Source: a virus
IMG/VR virus record: IMGVR_UViG_3300011115_000879
Location: 1 to 64,000 of that record
Length of the DNA: 64,000 nucleotides
Reading direction: 5' to 3' (one strand)
Below the pieces are notes generated by a model. That model saw nothing but the letters and a program-made list of their open reading frames with translations. It was not told the DNA's origin and did not search any database. The position numbers and the translations under genes are program-made. Positions within the stretch are counted from its first letter, which is position 1; the number at the start of each line of letters is the position of its first letter. Positions 55,540 to 64,000 of this stretch are shown here, piece after piece.

Positions 55540-57378
55540 ATGGCAGATAATAAAATATCATATTTAAATAAGACATTTAGTGATTTTAAGACAAATCTTG
55601 TAAATTACACCAAAACATATTTCCCTAATTCATATAATGATTTTTCAGATGCTAATCCAGGAGCAATATTCATTGAATTAGCTTCATATATAGGTGATGT
55701 AACATCATTTTATACTGATACTCAAATACAAGAAAATTTCTTATTATATGCTAAAGAGCGAGAAAATTTATTTGCATTATCTTATGGTTTAGGTTATTCT
55801 CCTAAAGTATCATACGCCTCAAACGTAGTAGTAGATATATTTCAACTTATACCTTCTTCAGGAAGTATAATAAGTGTTCCTGATTTAAGATATGGTATGA
55901 TTATACCGGAAAATACAATAATAACATCCATAAGTACTGGTACTAAATTTTTAACCATTGATAAAGTAAATTTTACAGATTCTACTGATACTGAAGTAAC
56001 ATATATAGATACAAACTACTTTTTACTTAAAAAATCAATTACTGCTATTTCGGCTGAAATTAAATCTACTACATTACAATTTAGTACACCACAAAAATTT
56101 CAAATAGCAACTATTAGTGATACTAATATATTACAAATACTAGATGCAACTGATGCTAGTAATAATAAATGGTATGAAGTACCATACTTAGCCCAATCCT
56201 CAATATTAACATCTATAGCTAATCCAACATCCGGAAGTGATGGTGTCCCATATTTAGTTAATTATACTAAAGTACCTCGCCGCTATGTTTCAAGATTCTT
56301 ATCAGACGATACATTGCAATTAGAATTTGGAGCTGGAGTAGCTAATGCATCTGATGGTACATTATTACCTAATCCTGATAATATACAATTAGGATTAATA
56401 CCGGGTATATCTAATTTATTAACTGGGTATAATAAAGCTAATGTATTCTTTACACAAGAGTATGGTTTAGCTCCAAGTAGTAATATTACTGTTAGATATC
56501 TTGTAGGCGGTGGAGTAACAGCTAATATATCATCAAATGACTTAACTTCAATTAATACATCAGGGGTTTATTTTCCTAGTGGAATAACAGGAGCATTAGC
56601 AGATCAAATTAAAGCTAGTATAGCTTCAACTAATCCAGGAGCTGCTTCAGGTGGTAGAGGTGCTGATGAAGTTGAAGAAATACGCAATAATGCCTTATAT
56701 GCATATCAATCACAATTACGTGCTGTAACCAGAGAAGATTATATTGTTAGAGCATTATCATTACCTGCTAATTATGGTAATGTTGCTAAAGTATATGTTA
56801 CTCAAGATGTAGCTCAAGAAATGATACCTACATCAACTGTATCTACTACTGAAATGCGTAACCCACTATCATTAGATATGTATGTATTAGCTTATGACAA
56901 TAATAAAAAATTAACAACAGCTACTAATACATTAAAATCTAACTTAGCTACTTATATTAATCAATATAGAATGGTTACTGATGCGGTTAATATTAAAGAT
57001 GCATTTTATATTAATATAGGTGTAGACTTTGATATTACTGTACAGAGAGATTATAATAATAGTGATGTTGTAACTAATTGTATCCTATCTTTACAAAATT
57101 ATTTTGACATAGATAAATGGACAATTAATCAACCTATATCTATATCTGATATTATTTCTAATTTAGTAAAAGTAAAAGGAGTACAATCTGTAGTTAAAAT
57201 TGAGATAACTAATAAACAAGGAGGAAATTATTCTCCATATGCATATGATATATCAGGGGCAACTAGACAAAATAATATATATCCTTCAATCGATCCTAGT
57301 ATATTTGAAGTTAGATATCCTAACACTGATATACAGGGTAGAGTTTTAGGTTTAGGAAGTACTACTCTAGTATGTTAA
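55540..57378 (+). CDS. Baseplate wedge protein (gp6/J-like)
   Basis: YNDFSDANPG, YIGDV, ASGG..E..EEIR, RAVTREDY. Confidence 0.85.
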   Translation: MADNKISYLNKTFSDFKTNLVNYTKTYFPNSYNDFSDANPGAIFIELASYIGDVTSFYTDTQIQENFLLYAKERENLFALSYGLGYSPKVSYASNVVVDIFQLIPSSGSIISVPDLRYGMIIPENTIITSISTGTKFLTIDKVNFTDSTDTEVTYIDTNYFLLKKSITAISAEIKSTTLQFSTPQKFQIATISDTNILQILDATDASNNKWYEVPYLAQSSILTSIANPTSGSDGVPYLVNYTKVPRRYVSRFLSDDTLQLEFGAGVANASDGTLLPNPDNIQLGLIPGISNLLTGYNKANVFFTQEYGLAPSSNITVRYLVGGGVTANISSNDLTSINTSGVYFPSGITGALADQIKASIASTNPGAASGGRGADEVEEIRNNALYAYQSQLRAVTREDYIVRALSLPANYGNVAKVYVTQDVAQEMIPTSTVSTTEMRNPLSLDMYVLAYDNNKKLTTATNTLKSNLATYINQYRMVTDAVNIKDAFYINIGVDFDITVQRDYNNSDVVTNCILSLQNYFDIDKWTINQPISISDIISNLVKVKGVQSVVKIEITNKQGGNYSPYAYDISGATRQNNIYPSIDPSIFEVRYPNTDIQGRVLGLGSTTLVC

Positions 57379-57407
57379 ATATTAATCTTAGATAAAAATA
57401 AAGTAAA

Positions 57408-58007
57408 ATGAACCTAGAAAAACTAAAAGGACACATTCCCGATAGCGTTATAGCAATGCTACCAGATACAATCGCAAAATTTGAATTAAATACTCCACTC
57501 CGCCTAGCACACTTCCTAGCTCAAGCAGGACATGAGTCAGGTGGCTTCAAAGCAGTAAACGAAAATTTAAACTATGGAGCTAAAGGTTTACGCGGTATCT
57601 TTGGTAAATACTTTCCAACAGATGCTAAAGCAGCTTTGTACGAACGCAAGCCAGAAAAGATAGCTAACCTAGTCTATGGTGGTAGAATGGGTAACGGAGT
57701 AGAAGCTACAGGAGAGGGTTGGAAATTTAGAGGAAGAGGTTATATTCAATTAACAGGTAAAGATAACTATACTGCTTTTGATAAGGTAGTAGAAGAGAAC
57801 ATACTTGAACAACCTGACTTGGTTGCTACTAAGTACCCAGTATTATCTGCAGCTTGGTTCTTTCATAAAAATGGCTTACATAAGATAGCGGACGGTGGTG
57901 CTACAGATGCTGTAGTTACTTCTGTGACGAAGAGAGTTAATGGCGGTACTATTGGTTTACCTGATCGTATTAAACATTTTAAAGAATATTACTCATTATT
58001 GGCTTAA
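57408..58007 (+). CDS. GH19 (chitinase-like) endolysin
   Basis: AHFLAQAGHES, ENLNY, FRGRGYIQLTG..NY, VNGG. Confidence 0.9.
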   Translation: MNLEKLKGHIPDSVIAMLPDTIAKFELNTPLRLAHFLAQAGHESGGFKAVNENLNYGAKGLRGIFGKYFPTDAKAALYERKPEKIANLVYGGRMGNGVEATGEGWKFRGRGYIQLTGKDNYTAFDKVVEENILEQPDLVATKYPVLSAAWFFHKNGLHKIADGGATDAVVTSVTKRVNGGTIGLPDRIKHFKEYYSLLA

Positions 58008-58051
58008 GAAATAATAATCTGTCATATTTATATGTAGTAACTATATAAAAT

Positions 58052-59158
58052 ATGTCAGTATATAAAATATTTCCTGAGAAAAGTGCTACGCTCTATTCAT
58101 ATTATCCAACCCTAAATACAGGGATTGATGAAATACTAGAGCTTAGCACATTTCAGTCTATTACAAGCACAAACGAGGTATCGCGAATATTAATTAAATT
58201 TCCATCTGCCGATATTAATACTATATTTAGTAAAGTATCATCATCTGCTTTTGATTGTTATTTAAAATTATGGAATGCCGATTCATCCCAATTACCTTTT
58301 AATTATACTATACAAGTACATCCTTTAGCAGCTGATTGGAATATTGGTACAGGTAGATTAGCTAATTCACCTATTACTACAGATGGAGTTAGTTGGCAAT
58401 ATGTTGATCAATTAGGAGGAAATCCATGGTCTACTTATGCAATATCTGGAGTAACAAGTTCATACCAATCTGGTAGTAATATAGGTGGTGGATTATGGTA
58501 TACTGCTTCTAATTATGAAGCTACTCAATCTTTTACTCACACATCTACAACAGATAATGATATTGAATTAAGAGTAACTAATACAGTAGCTGCATGGTCT
58601 GGTAGTATAATACCTAATTATGGTTTTATATTAAAACATACTAGCTCAATTGAATTTACTACAGCGTCTAAATTCGAAACTAAATACTTTTCTTCTAATA
58701 CTCATACAATTTATCCCCCATGCTTAGAAATAAGATGGGATGATTCAATATATAATACAGGTTCACTATCAGTATTAGATTCAGATCTATATATTACTAG
58801 TATAGGTAATAATAAAGGAGAATACCAACAAGATTCAGTACAACGTTTTAGAATTAAAGCTAGATCTAAATTTCCACCAAGAACCTTTACTACTAGTTCA
58901 TTTTCATTTGCTTTAGTAAATTATGCTTTACCTTCTTCTTCATATTGGTCAATAAAAGATTTGGATACCGATGAAATAGTCGTAGATTACGACACATCAT
59001 ATACAAAAATTAGTTGTGATTCTAATAGTAGTTATTTTGATATCTATATGAATGGACTAGAACCAGAAAGATATTATAAATTATTATTTAAAACTATATT
59101 ACCTAATGGTGAAACAATAATATTTGATGAAAATTACTATTTTAAAGTTAAACGATAA
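58052..59158 (+). CDS. Virion structural protein
   Basis: THTIYPP.LE..WDD, GLEPERYY; beta-rich; late motif at 58024. Confidence 0.65.
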   Translation: MSVYKIFPEKSATLYSYYPTLNTGIDEILELSTFQSITSTNEVSRILIKFPSADINTIFSKVSSSAFDCYLKLWNADSSQLPFNYTIQVHPLAADWNIGTGRLANSPITTDGVSWQYVDQLGGNPWSTYAISGVTSSYQSGSNIGGGLWYTASNYEATQSFTHTSTTDNDIELRVTNTVAAWSGSIIPNYGFILKHTSSIEFTTASKFETKYFSSNTHTIYPPCLEIRWDDSIYNTGSLSVLDSDLYITSIGNNKGEYQQDSVQRFRIKARSKFPPRTFTTSSFSFALVNYALPSSSYWSIKDLDTDEIVVDYDTSYTKISCDSNSSYFDIYMNGLEPERYYKLLFKTILPNGETIIFDENYYFKVKR

Positions 59159-59487
59159 TGTCTCAAATTCCTATAGAAAAACAAGTATTTGATAAAAATA
59201 CATTTGGTAGAGTAATTGATACTCAATTTAATCAACTATTAACAAAAGGAACTACTGAGGTTACTGTAGATGATTTCTTTATATTATATGATCAATTATT
59301 TTATCAAATTCCTGAAGAAGGAGACACAGATTCACATAGATTTATATTAGAAAGAGAAGCAGAATATCTAGGGGTTATAATTAATCAAGACGATATACAA
59401 GCGTTACTAGATGAAATAACATCGTTAAGACAACAGGTATTAGATACTCAAACTATACTTAGTGATCTAAGTAAAACAATTAAATAA
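59158..59487 (+). CDS. Hypothetical structural-cluster protein
   Basis: Coupled ORF with coiled-coil C-terminus. Confidence 0.65.
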   Translation: MSQIPIEKQVFDKNTFGRVIDTQFNQLLTKGTTEVTVDDFFILYDQLFYQIPEEGDTDSHRFILEREAEYLGVIINQDDIQALLDEITSLRQQVLDTQTILSDLSKTIK

Positions 59488-62400
59488 TGGCGGATAATAT
59501 TAAAATAGTAGGTAATATTCTTAATACTACAACAGTTTCACGTTATTCTAGTGAGGATACTAATTTAATCTCTTCTAGAATTTTACAAGAAAATTTTGGT
59601 GAAACTGGTGACTATATTGAAGTTTACTTATATGATGCTGGTGGTAATTTATTAAATATAAACTATGACTATCTTAGTTATAAACTACCATCTGATGCTA
59701 ATTTAAAACCAGGTACTACTACTCAACCTAATACTACAGGTAATATACAAACTACTAATATAGGAGTTATATCTACCCTATCTAACCCTACAAGTTCATT
59801 ATATCCTATAATAGAAATAGATCCTGTAATGGATATTCAAAACTATGGATATTCTTCAGGTGAATTTAACATCAGATATAATTTATTTAAAAATAAAATA
59901 TCAAATAACACTGATCAGGCCTTATTTATTAAAGAAATATCAGCAGATAGGACTGAAATAAGATTAGCCTCTACTACATTAACAAATGATGAAATTGAAT
60001 CAGTTGTAAATTCTATTATAGATGAAATAAATAACTCTGATTATTATGTAGATTATTTATTAAATTTTGGTAATAATGAACAATATATTGCTGTTAATGT
60101 AGCTTTAAATAAAGCTACTACTGGGTATGAAGTATTATTTAAATTATATCAACCATTACCATTAAGTGTACAAGAAAAAACATCATTATGGATTGTTGAA
60201 GAAAAAGTAAATCCATATATTTTTGATATAAATTTAGATAAATTAATTACACCCCCACCACCCCCAACATTGCGTGGTCCTAATTTTGATATTCCTATTG
60301 AAAATCAAGGTACTATAGCTACAGCATATGGTACATATTCTAATTTAATATCTAGTCTACAAAATAAATCATACTATCAGGTATTAAATCTGATGGCTAC
60401 TCAAAGTGCTAATGTAAATGTAGATTATACAGATTTTAATAATTTTGTATTCTTTGGATCAGCAAAACAACGTGTAATTAATTTTCATGTTAAAGCTAAG
60501 CAAATTGAAGATTATAATACTTTAATAAGTACTTATACTCCTCAAACAGCATCTATTCCTAGCTTAATTACAGAAATTAATCAATATTCATCTAATATAA
60601 AAGATATTACCACTCAATTTGATGGATATGAATATTATTTATATTTTGAATCTAGTTCATACACTTGGCCTAAGTCAGGATCTTTAAAACCATATAGTTT
60701 ATTATCTACTACTAATAGTACTGTAACAGCATGGTATAATAACTTAATATTAGTTGCTGAAAATTATGATCAAAATAATTATGATAATTTAGAATTTGCA
60801 ATACCACCATTTTTAACTGAAGATGATACTAATGCTCCTTTCTTATTATTTCTTAATATGATTGGAAATTATTTTGATGATATTTGGATATATATAAAAT
60901 CAATAACTGATCTTAATTTAGCTAATAATAATTTAGATTATGGTATATCTAAAGATTTAGTATATGAGCGATTAAAATCATTAGGTATTAAATTATACAA
61001 TAGTCAAGCTGGCGAAAGCGTAAGTCAATATCTAATAGGAGCCAATACCGGTAGTAGTATATTTGATAATAACTTTACTATTACAGGCAGCTATTTAAAT
61101 AATATACCTCGTAAAGATCTAACATCAGAACTATATAAACGCATTTACCATAACTTACCATTATTAGTTAAAACTAAAGGTACAGTTGCTGGTTTAGAGC
61201 ATCTTAATACAATATTTGGTATTACAAGTAGTATATTAAATGTTAAAGAATTTGGTGGTTCTACTAAAGCAGAATTAATAAATGGGTATAATAACGATAA
61301 AGTAAGAATAGTACAAAATACTATAACAGGTAGTGTATTATCTTCTATGTTAAGTTTACAAACATTCCCTACTGCATCATCTGCGTTTAGAGATAATGAT
61401 ACACATTATATAGATATATCATTTTCACCACAAACACAAATTGATACTTACATATCAGAATCAATATCTATAAGTAATCCAACGTGGAGTTTAGATGATT
61501 ATATAGGTGATCCTAGACAACAATATAATAATTCATATTCCGATTTAAATAATCAACGTATTTTATATTACCAAACAGGTAATACAGGTAGTTTATCCTT
61601 TAACTCAGGTAGTGCTCTATTTAATGGTACAAATAGTAGTATTCAAGTTACTCCTAGTACTGGTATTTCTTTTGGTACATCTGACTATACTATTGAAGCG
61701 TGGGTTTACTTTTTAGATCCAAATAATAGTGATCCTATTATAGGGACAAATAATGCGGGAAGTGATTTATCATTTTATAGAGAAAATAATAGTTTATTTA
61801 TAGATTCATTTAATGATAATACTAATGAATATAAATTTCCTTCTATAACAATAGGATCATGGCATCATGTTGCTGCTTCTAGAAGTGGCAGTGCAGAAAC
61901 AGTATGGTTAGATGGAGTTAGAAGTACTAGTGGAATATTATTAGGTAATTTTAATTTTTCTGGAATAACAAATTATGTAGGTAGTGCACCTGCCTTTCCT
62001 TGGAATTTTAATGGACTTTTAACTAATGTAAAAGCTATAAAAGGCTCTTATCTATATAATCCAGCATCTAGTAGTATTTCCATTCCTACATCTCTATTTA
62101 CTACTACTATCATTAATAGTACTACTTGGCAATTACCATTAATATCTTCTAGTTTAGCGCCCGGTGTTAATAGTATAAATAATGTTCTTTTTAGCCTTTA
62201 TAACCCATTCACACAAGCATACCCCGGATTTACGGGTTCATTAATGGATTATAATGGATTTATTAGATTAATAGATTATTTTGATAATTCATTATTCAAA
62301 ATGTTAGCTGATTTTACACCGGAACGTACTAGCTTATCAACAGGAGTAACAATCAACTCACCAGTATTAGAGCGTAACAAAACATCATTTGCTAACCCAA

Positions 62401-64000
62401 CTAATAGTACTACACAAAGCATATACACAGCACAATTTAATACAGCAAGTATAACACCACAATATAGTCCACTATATAATAATTTAACAGGTGATAAAAA
62501 ACCATACTTTACAGGTGAACTAAGTGGTAGTGTAGTAGATGTACATCAATATTTTACAGATAATTACAATCAATATTTAGGTGATTGGGATGTATATAAT
62601 TCACAACGTACTATATCTCAAAGCATTAATTTAAATAGCTTCAATCATTCTGATTGGAACGTATTATTGAATAATGTTTCTAAAAACGTTACTTCTAATA
62701 AACGTAAAGGCATACAATATATCTATGGTACAACAGGTAGTATTACTAGTAGTGTTGAATTACAAGACTCAAACCTATCATTAAGATCATATCAAATATC
62801 ACGCTATGAAGGTTCTAAAGTAACTAGTGCAACATATAATACTTACACTACTGGTGATAAATCATATGGTAAAACAGCAGCTATTGATCATCAATCACTC
62901 AAAGTGGCTTGGGTAAAAAATATACCAAGTCAAAGTTTAAATTTCTATGATAAAACCACTATCGATTTAAAATATCTAGTTGATAGTAGTACTTCATTAA
63001 TTGAATTATCATTATCAAACACTAATCTTTGTGAAGTACAAAATACATTTAAATCAGGAACACCGGTAGTATTATCAATATCTGATGTACAAAAACCAAC
63101 TAATCAAACTACTTTAAATGGTCTTAAAACTATATTTAGAGGTGGATATTCATATGATCCTATATTATATAGAGAAAATAATGAAACCTTAACATTCACT
63201 CACAATAATATAGTAAGCTCAGCATCGGCCCACTTAGGGGTAAAAGCATATAATTTGGATTCTTATTTATGGGCAGCGGGTGGAGATGGACGTACTATGA
63301 AGGTTGATCCAAATAAAATATCTAACCAAATTGGAGGAGGAACACAGTTTGGACAAGACGGAGCATCAATATATAAAATAAACTCAGTTAATGCTCCTGA
63401 AGGTAGTCAAATATCATACGCTAAAACATTAGCATCTTCTTGGGATATTAAACAATTACAATCAACTTATACTAATAAAGATGCCGTAACAAGTAAATAT
63501 CCGACGTATGGTTGGGATGTAAGAGGAGGAACTGATAACAAATATGTTTATTCTTTTAATGTATTAAATTTTAATAATACTAATTTAAATTTAAGCGCAT
63601 ACAATACAGAACCGGATCCTAATTCTTATGCTATAGATGGTGGTGGTAACTACACATATAAGGTACCACGAACTAGTAACTATAAATTAAGCGGAAGTAT
63701 TCCTTTCTATTTTAGTGGAGATGACACTAAAACCACAGATGGTAATAATAATAATATGTCGGGGTATATTAGATTTAAAGTAATGGGATTAGTACAAAGC
63801 AGCAGAACACCAGATATAGAAACATCATGGATAACAGTAGCCAATACTTTTCTTACTCCACTTGTACTAGGAAACCAGGTAAATTATAGCTCTAATCTTA
63901 ATGCTATTAAATACGATGGTAATTCTAATAGTAGTCTTTTTGATTGTAGTCTGAATAGTACAGCTAATTTAATAGAAGGTGATTATATTAGATTTCAATT
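59487..64000 (+). CDS. Very large virion/tail protein (>1500 aa, truncated by window end) with LamG/ConA-like domain
   Basis: ATG 59487 overlaps the previous stop; frame appears open to the end (hence absent from the ORF track); DYTIEAWVY..WHHVAASR..VWLDGV near 61680-61920. Confidence 0.8.
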   Translation, partial: MADNIKIVGNILNTTTVSRYSSEDTNLISSRILQENFGETGDYIEVYLYDAGGNLLNINYDYLSYKLPSDANLKPGTTTQPNTTGNIQTTNIGVISTLSNPTSSLYPIIEIDPVMDIQNYGYSSGEFNIRYNLFKNKISNNTDQALFIKEISADRTEIRLASTTLTNDEIESVVNSIIDEINNSDYYVDYLLNFGNNEQYIAVNVALNKATTGYEVLFKLYQPLPLSVQEKTSLWIVEEKVNPYIFDINLDKLITPPPPPTLRGPNFDIPIENQGTIATAYGTYSNLISSLQNKSYYQVLNLMATQSANVNVDYTDFNNFVFFGSAKQRVINFHVKAKQIEDYNTLISTYTPQTASIPSLITEINQYSSNIKDITTQFDGYEYYLYFESSSYTWPKSGSLKPYSLLSTTNSTVTAWYNNLILVAENYDQNNYDNLEFAIPPFLTEDDTNAPFLLFLNMIGNYFDDIWIYIKSITDLNLANNNLDYGISKDLVYERLKSLGIKLYNSQAGESVSQYLIGANTGSSIFDNNFTITGSYLNNIPRKDLTSELYKRIYHNLPLLVKTKGTVAGLEHLNTIFGITSSILNVKEFGGSTKAELINGYNNDKVRIVQNTITGSVLSSMLSLQTFPTASSAFRDNDTHYIDISFSPQTQIDTYISESISISNPTWSLDDYIGDPRQQYNNSYSDLNNQRILYYQTGNTGSLSFNSGSALFNGTNSSIQVTPSTGISFGTSDYTIEAWVYFLDPNNSDPIIGTNNAGSDLSFYRENNSLFIDSFNDNTNEYKFPSITIGSWHHVAASRSGSAETVWLDGVRSTSGILLGNFNFSGITNYVGSAPAFPWNFNGLLTNVKAIKGSYLYNPASSSISIPTSLFTTTIINSTTWQLPLISSSLAPGVNSINNVLFSLYNPFTQAYPGFTGSLMDYNGFIRLIDYFDNSLFKMLADFTPERTSLSTGVTINSPVLERNKTSFANPTNSTTQSIYTAQFNTASITPQYSPLYNNLTGDKKPYFTGELSGSVVDVHQYFTDNYNQYLGDWDVYNSQRTISQSINLNSFNHSDWNVLLNNVSKNVTSNKRKGIQYIYGTTGSITSSVELQDSNLSLRSYQISRYEGSKVTSATYNTYTTGDKSYGKTAAIDHQSLKVAWVKNIPSQSLNFYDKTTIDLKYLVDSSTSLIELSLSNTNLCEVQNTFKSGTPVVLSISDVQKPTNQTTLNGLKTIFRGGYSYDPILYRENNETLTFTHNNIVSSASAHLGVKAYNLDSYLWAAGGDGRTMKVDPNKISNQIGGGTQFGQDGASIYKINSVNAPEGSQISYAKTLASSWDIKQLQSTYTNKDAVTSKYPTYGWDVRGGTDNKYVYSFNVLNFNNTNLNLSAYNTEPDPNSYAIDGGGNYTYKVPRTSNYKLSGSIPFYFSGDDTKTTDGNNNNMSGYIRFKVMGLVQSSRTPDIETSWITVANTFLTPLVLGNQVNYSSNLNAIKYDGNSNSSLFDCSLNSTANLIEGDYIRFQ

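Noticed and set aside
1-64000. Stop-codon reassignment
   Set aside because: Conserved genes are intact in code 11, TAG is used as a real stop, and no canonical suppressor tRNA was found

Overview
A 64-kb segment of a large, AT-rich, T4-like (myovirus-type) dsDNA phage. The host is almost certainly in Bacteroidota: there are no Shine-Dalgarno sites, the promoters resemble TAnnTTTG, and the phage carries a DUF4494 gene and a lipoprotein with D-S/T-x O-glycosylation motifs. All credible genes are on the + strand. Gene order: groEL, a tRNA-like RNA, an HNH nuclease, clamp loader genes and a PD-(D/E)XK nuclease (1-6 kb); a 14-kb glycan biosynthesis island (6-20 kb); a ClpP-like protease and hypotheticals; an RNA cluster (23.5-25.6 kb) with 5 canonical tRNAs, a long tmRNA (27-aa tag), 3 aberrant tRNA-like RNAs and unexplained structured RNAs; mosaic small genes, thyA and a metallophosphoesterase (26-35 kb); an early-gene region (35-48.4 kb); and a gp55/sigma-like factor, baseplate genes, GH19 lysin and a >1500-aa virion protein that runs off the window end. 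In the early region almost every small gene has its own copy of G(G/T)CA-N12-TA(C/T)ATT(C/T)A plus a shared AACCAAAAA leader. The best candidates for undescribed biology are: (1) this promoter-leader cassette array (39 copies counted by eye), with terminator-promoter fusions, in-frame read-through fusions and an inverted leader copy that could act as an antisense sRNA; (2) a family of tRNA mimics with intact acceptor and T arms but rebuilt anticodon or variable arms; (3) a ~320-nt promoter-driven multi-hairpin/pseudoknot element at 46.8-47.1 kb. All calls were made by eye, and no searches were run.
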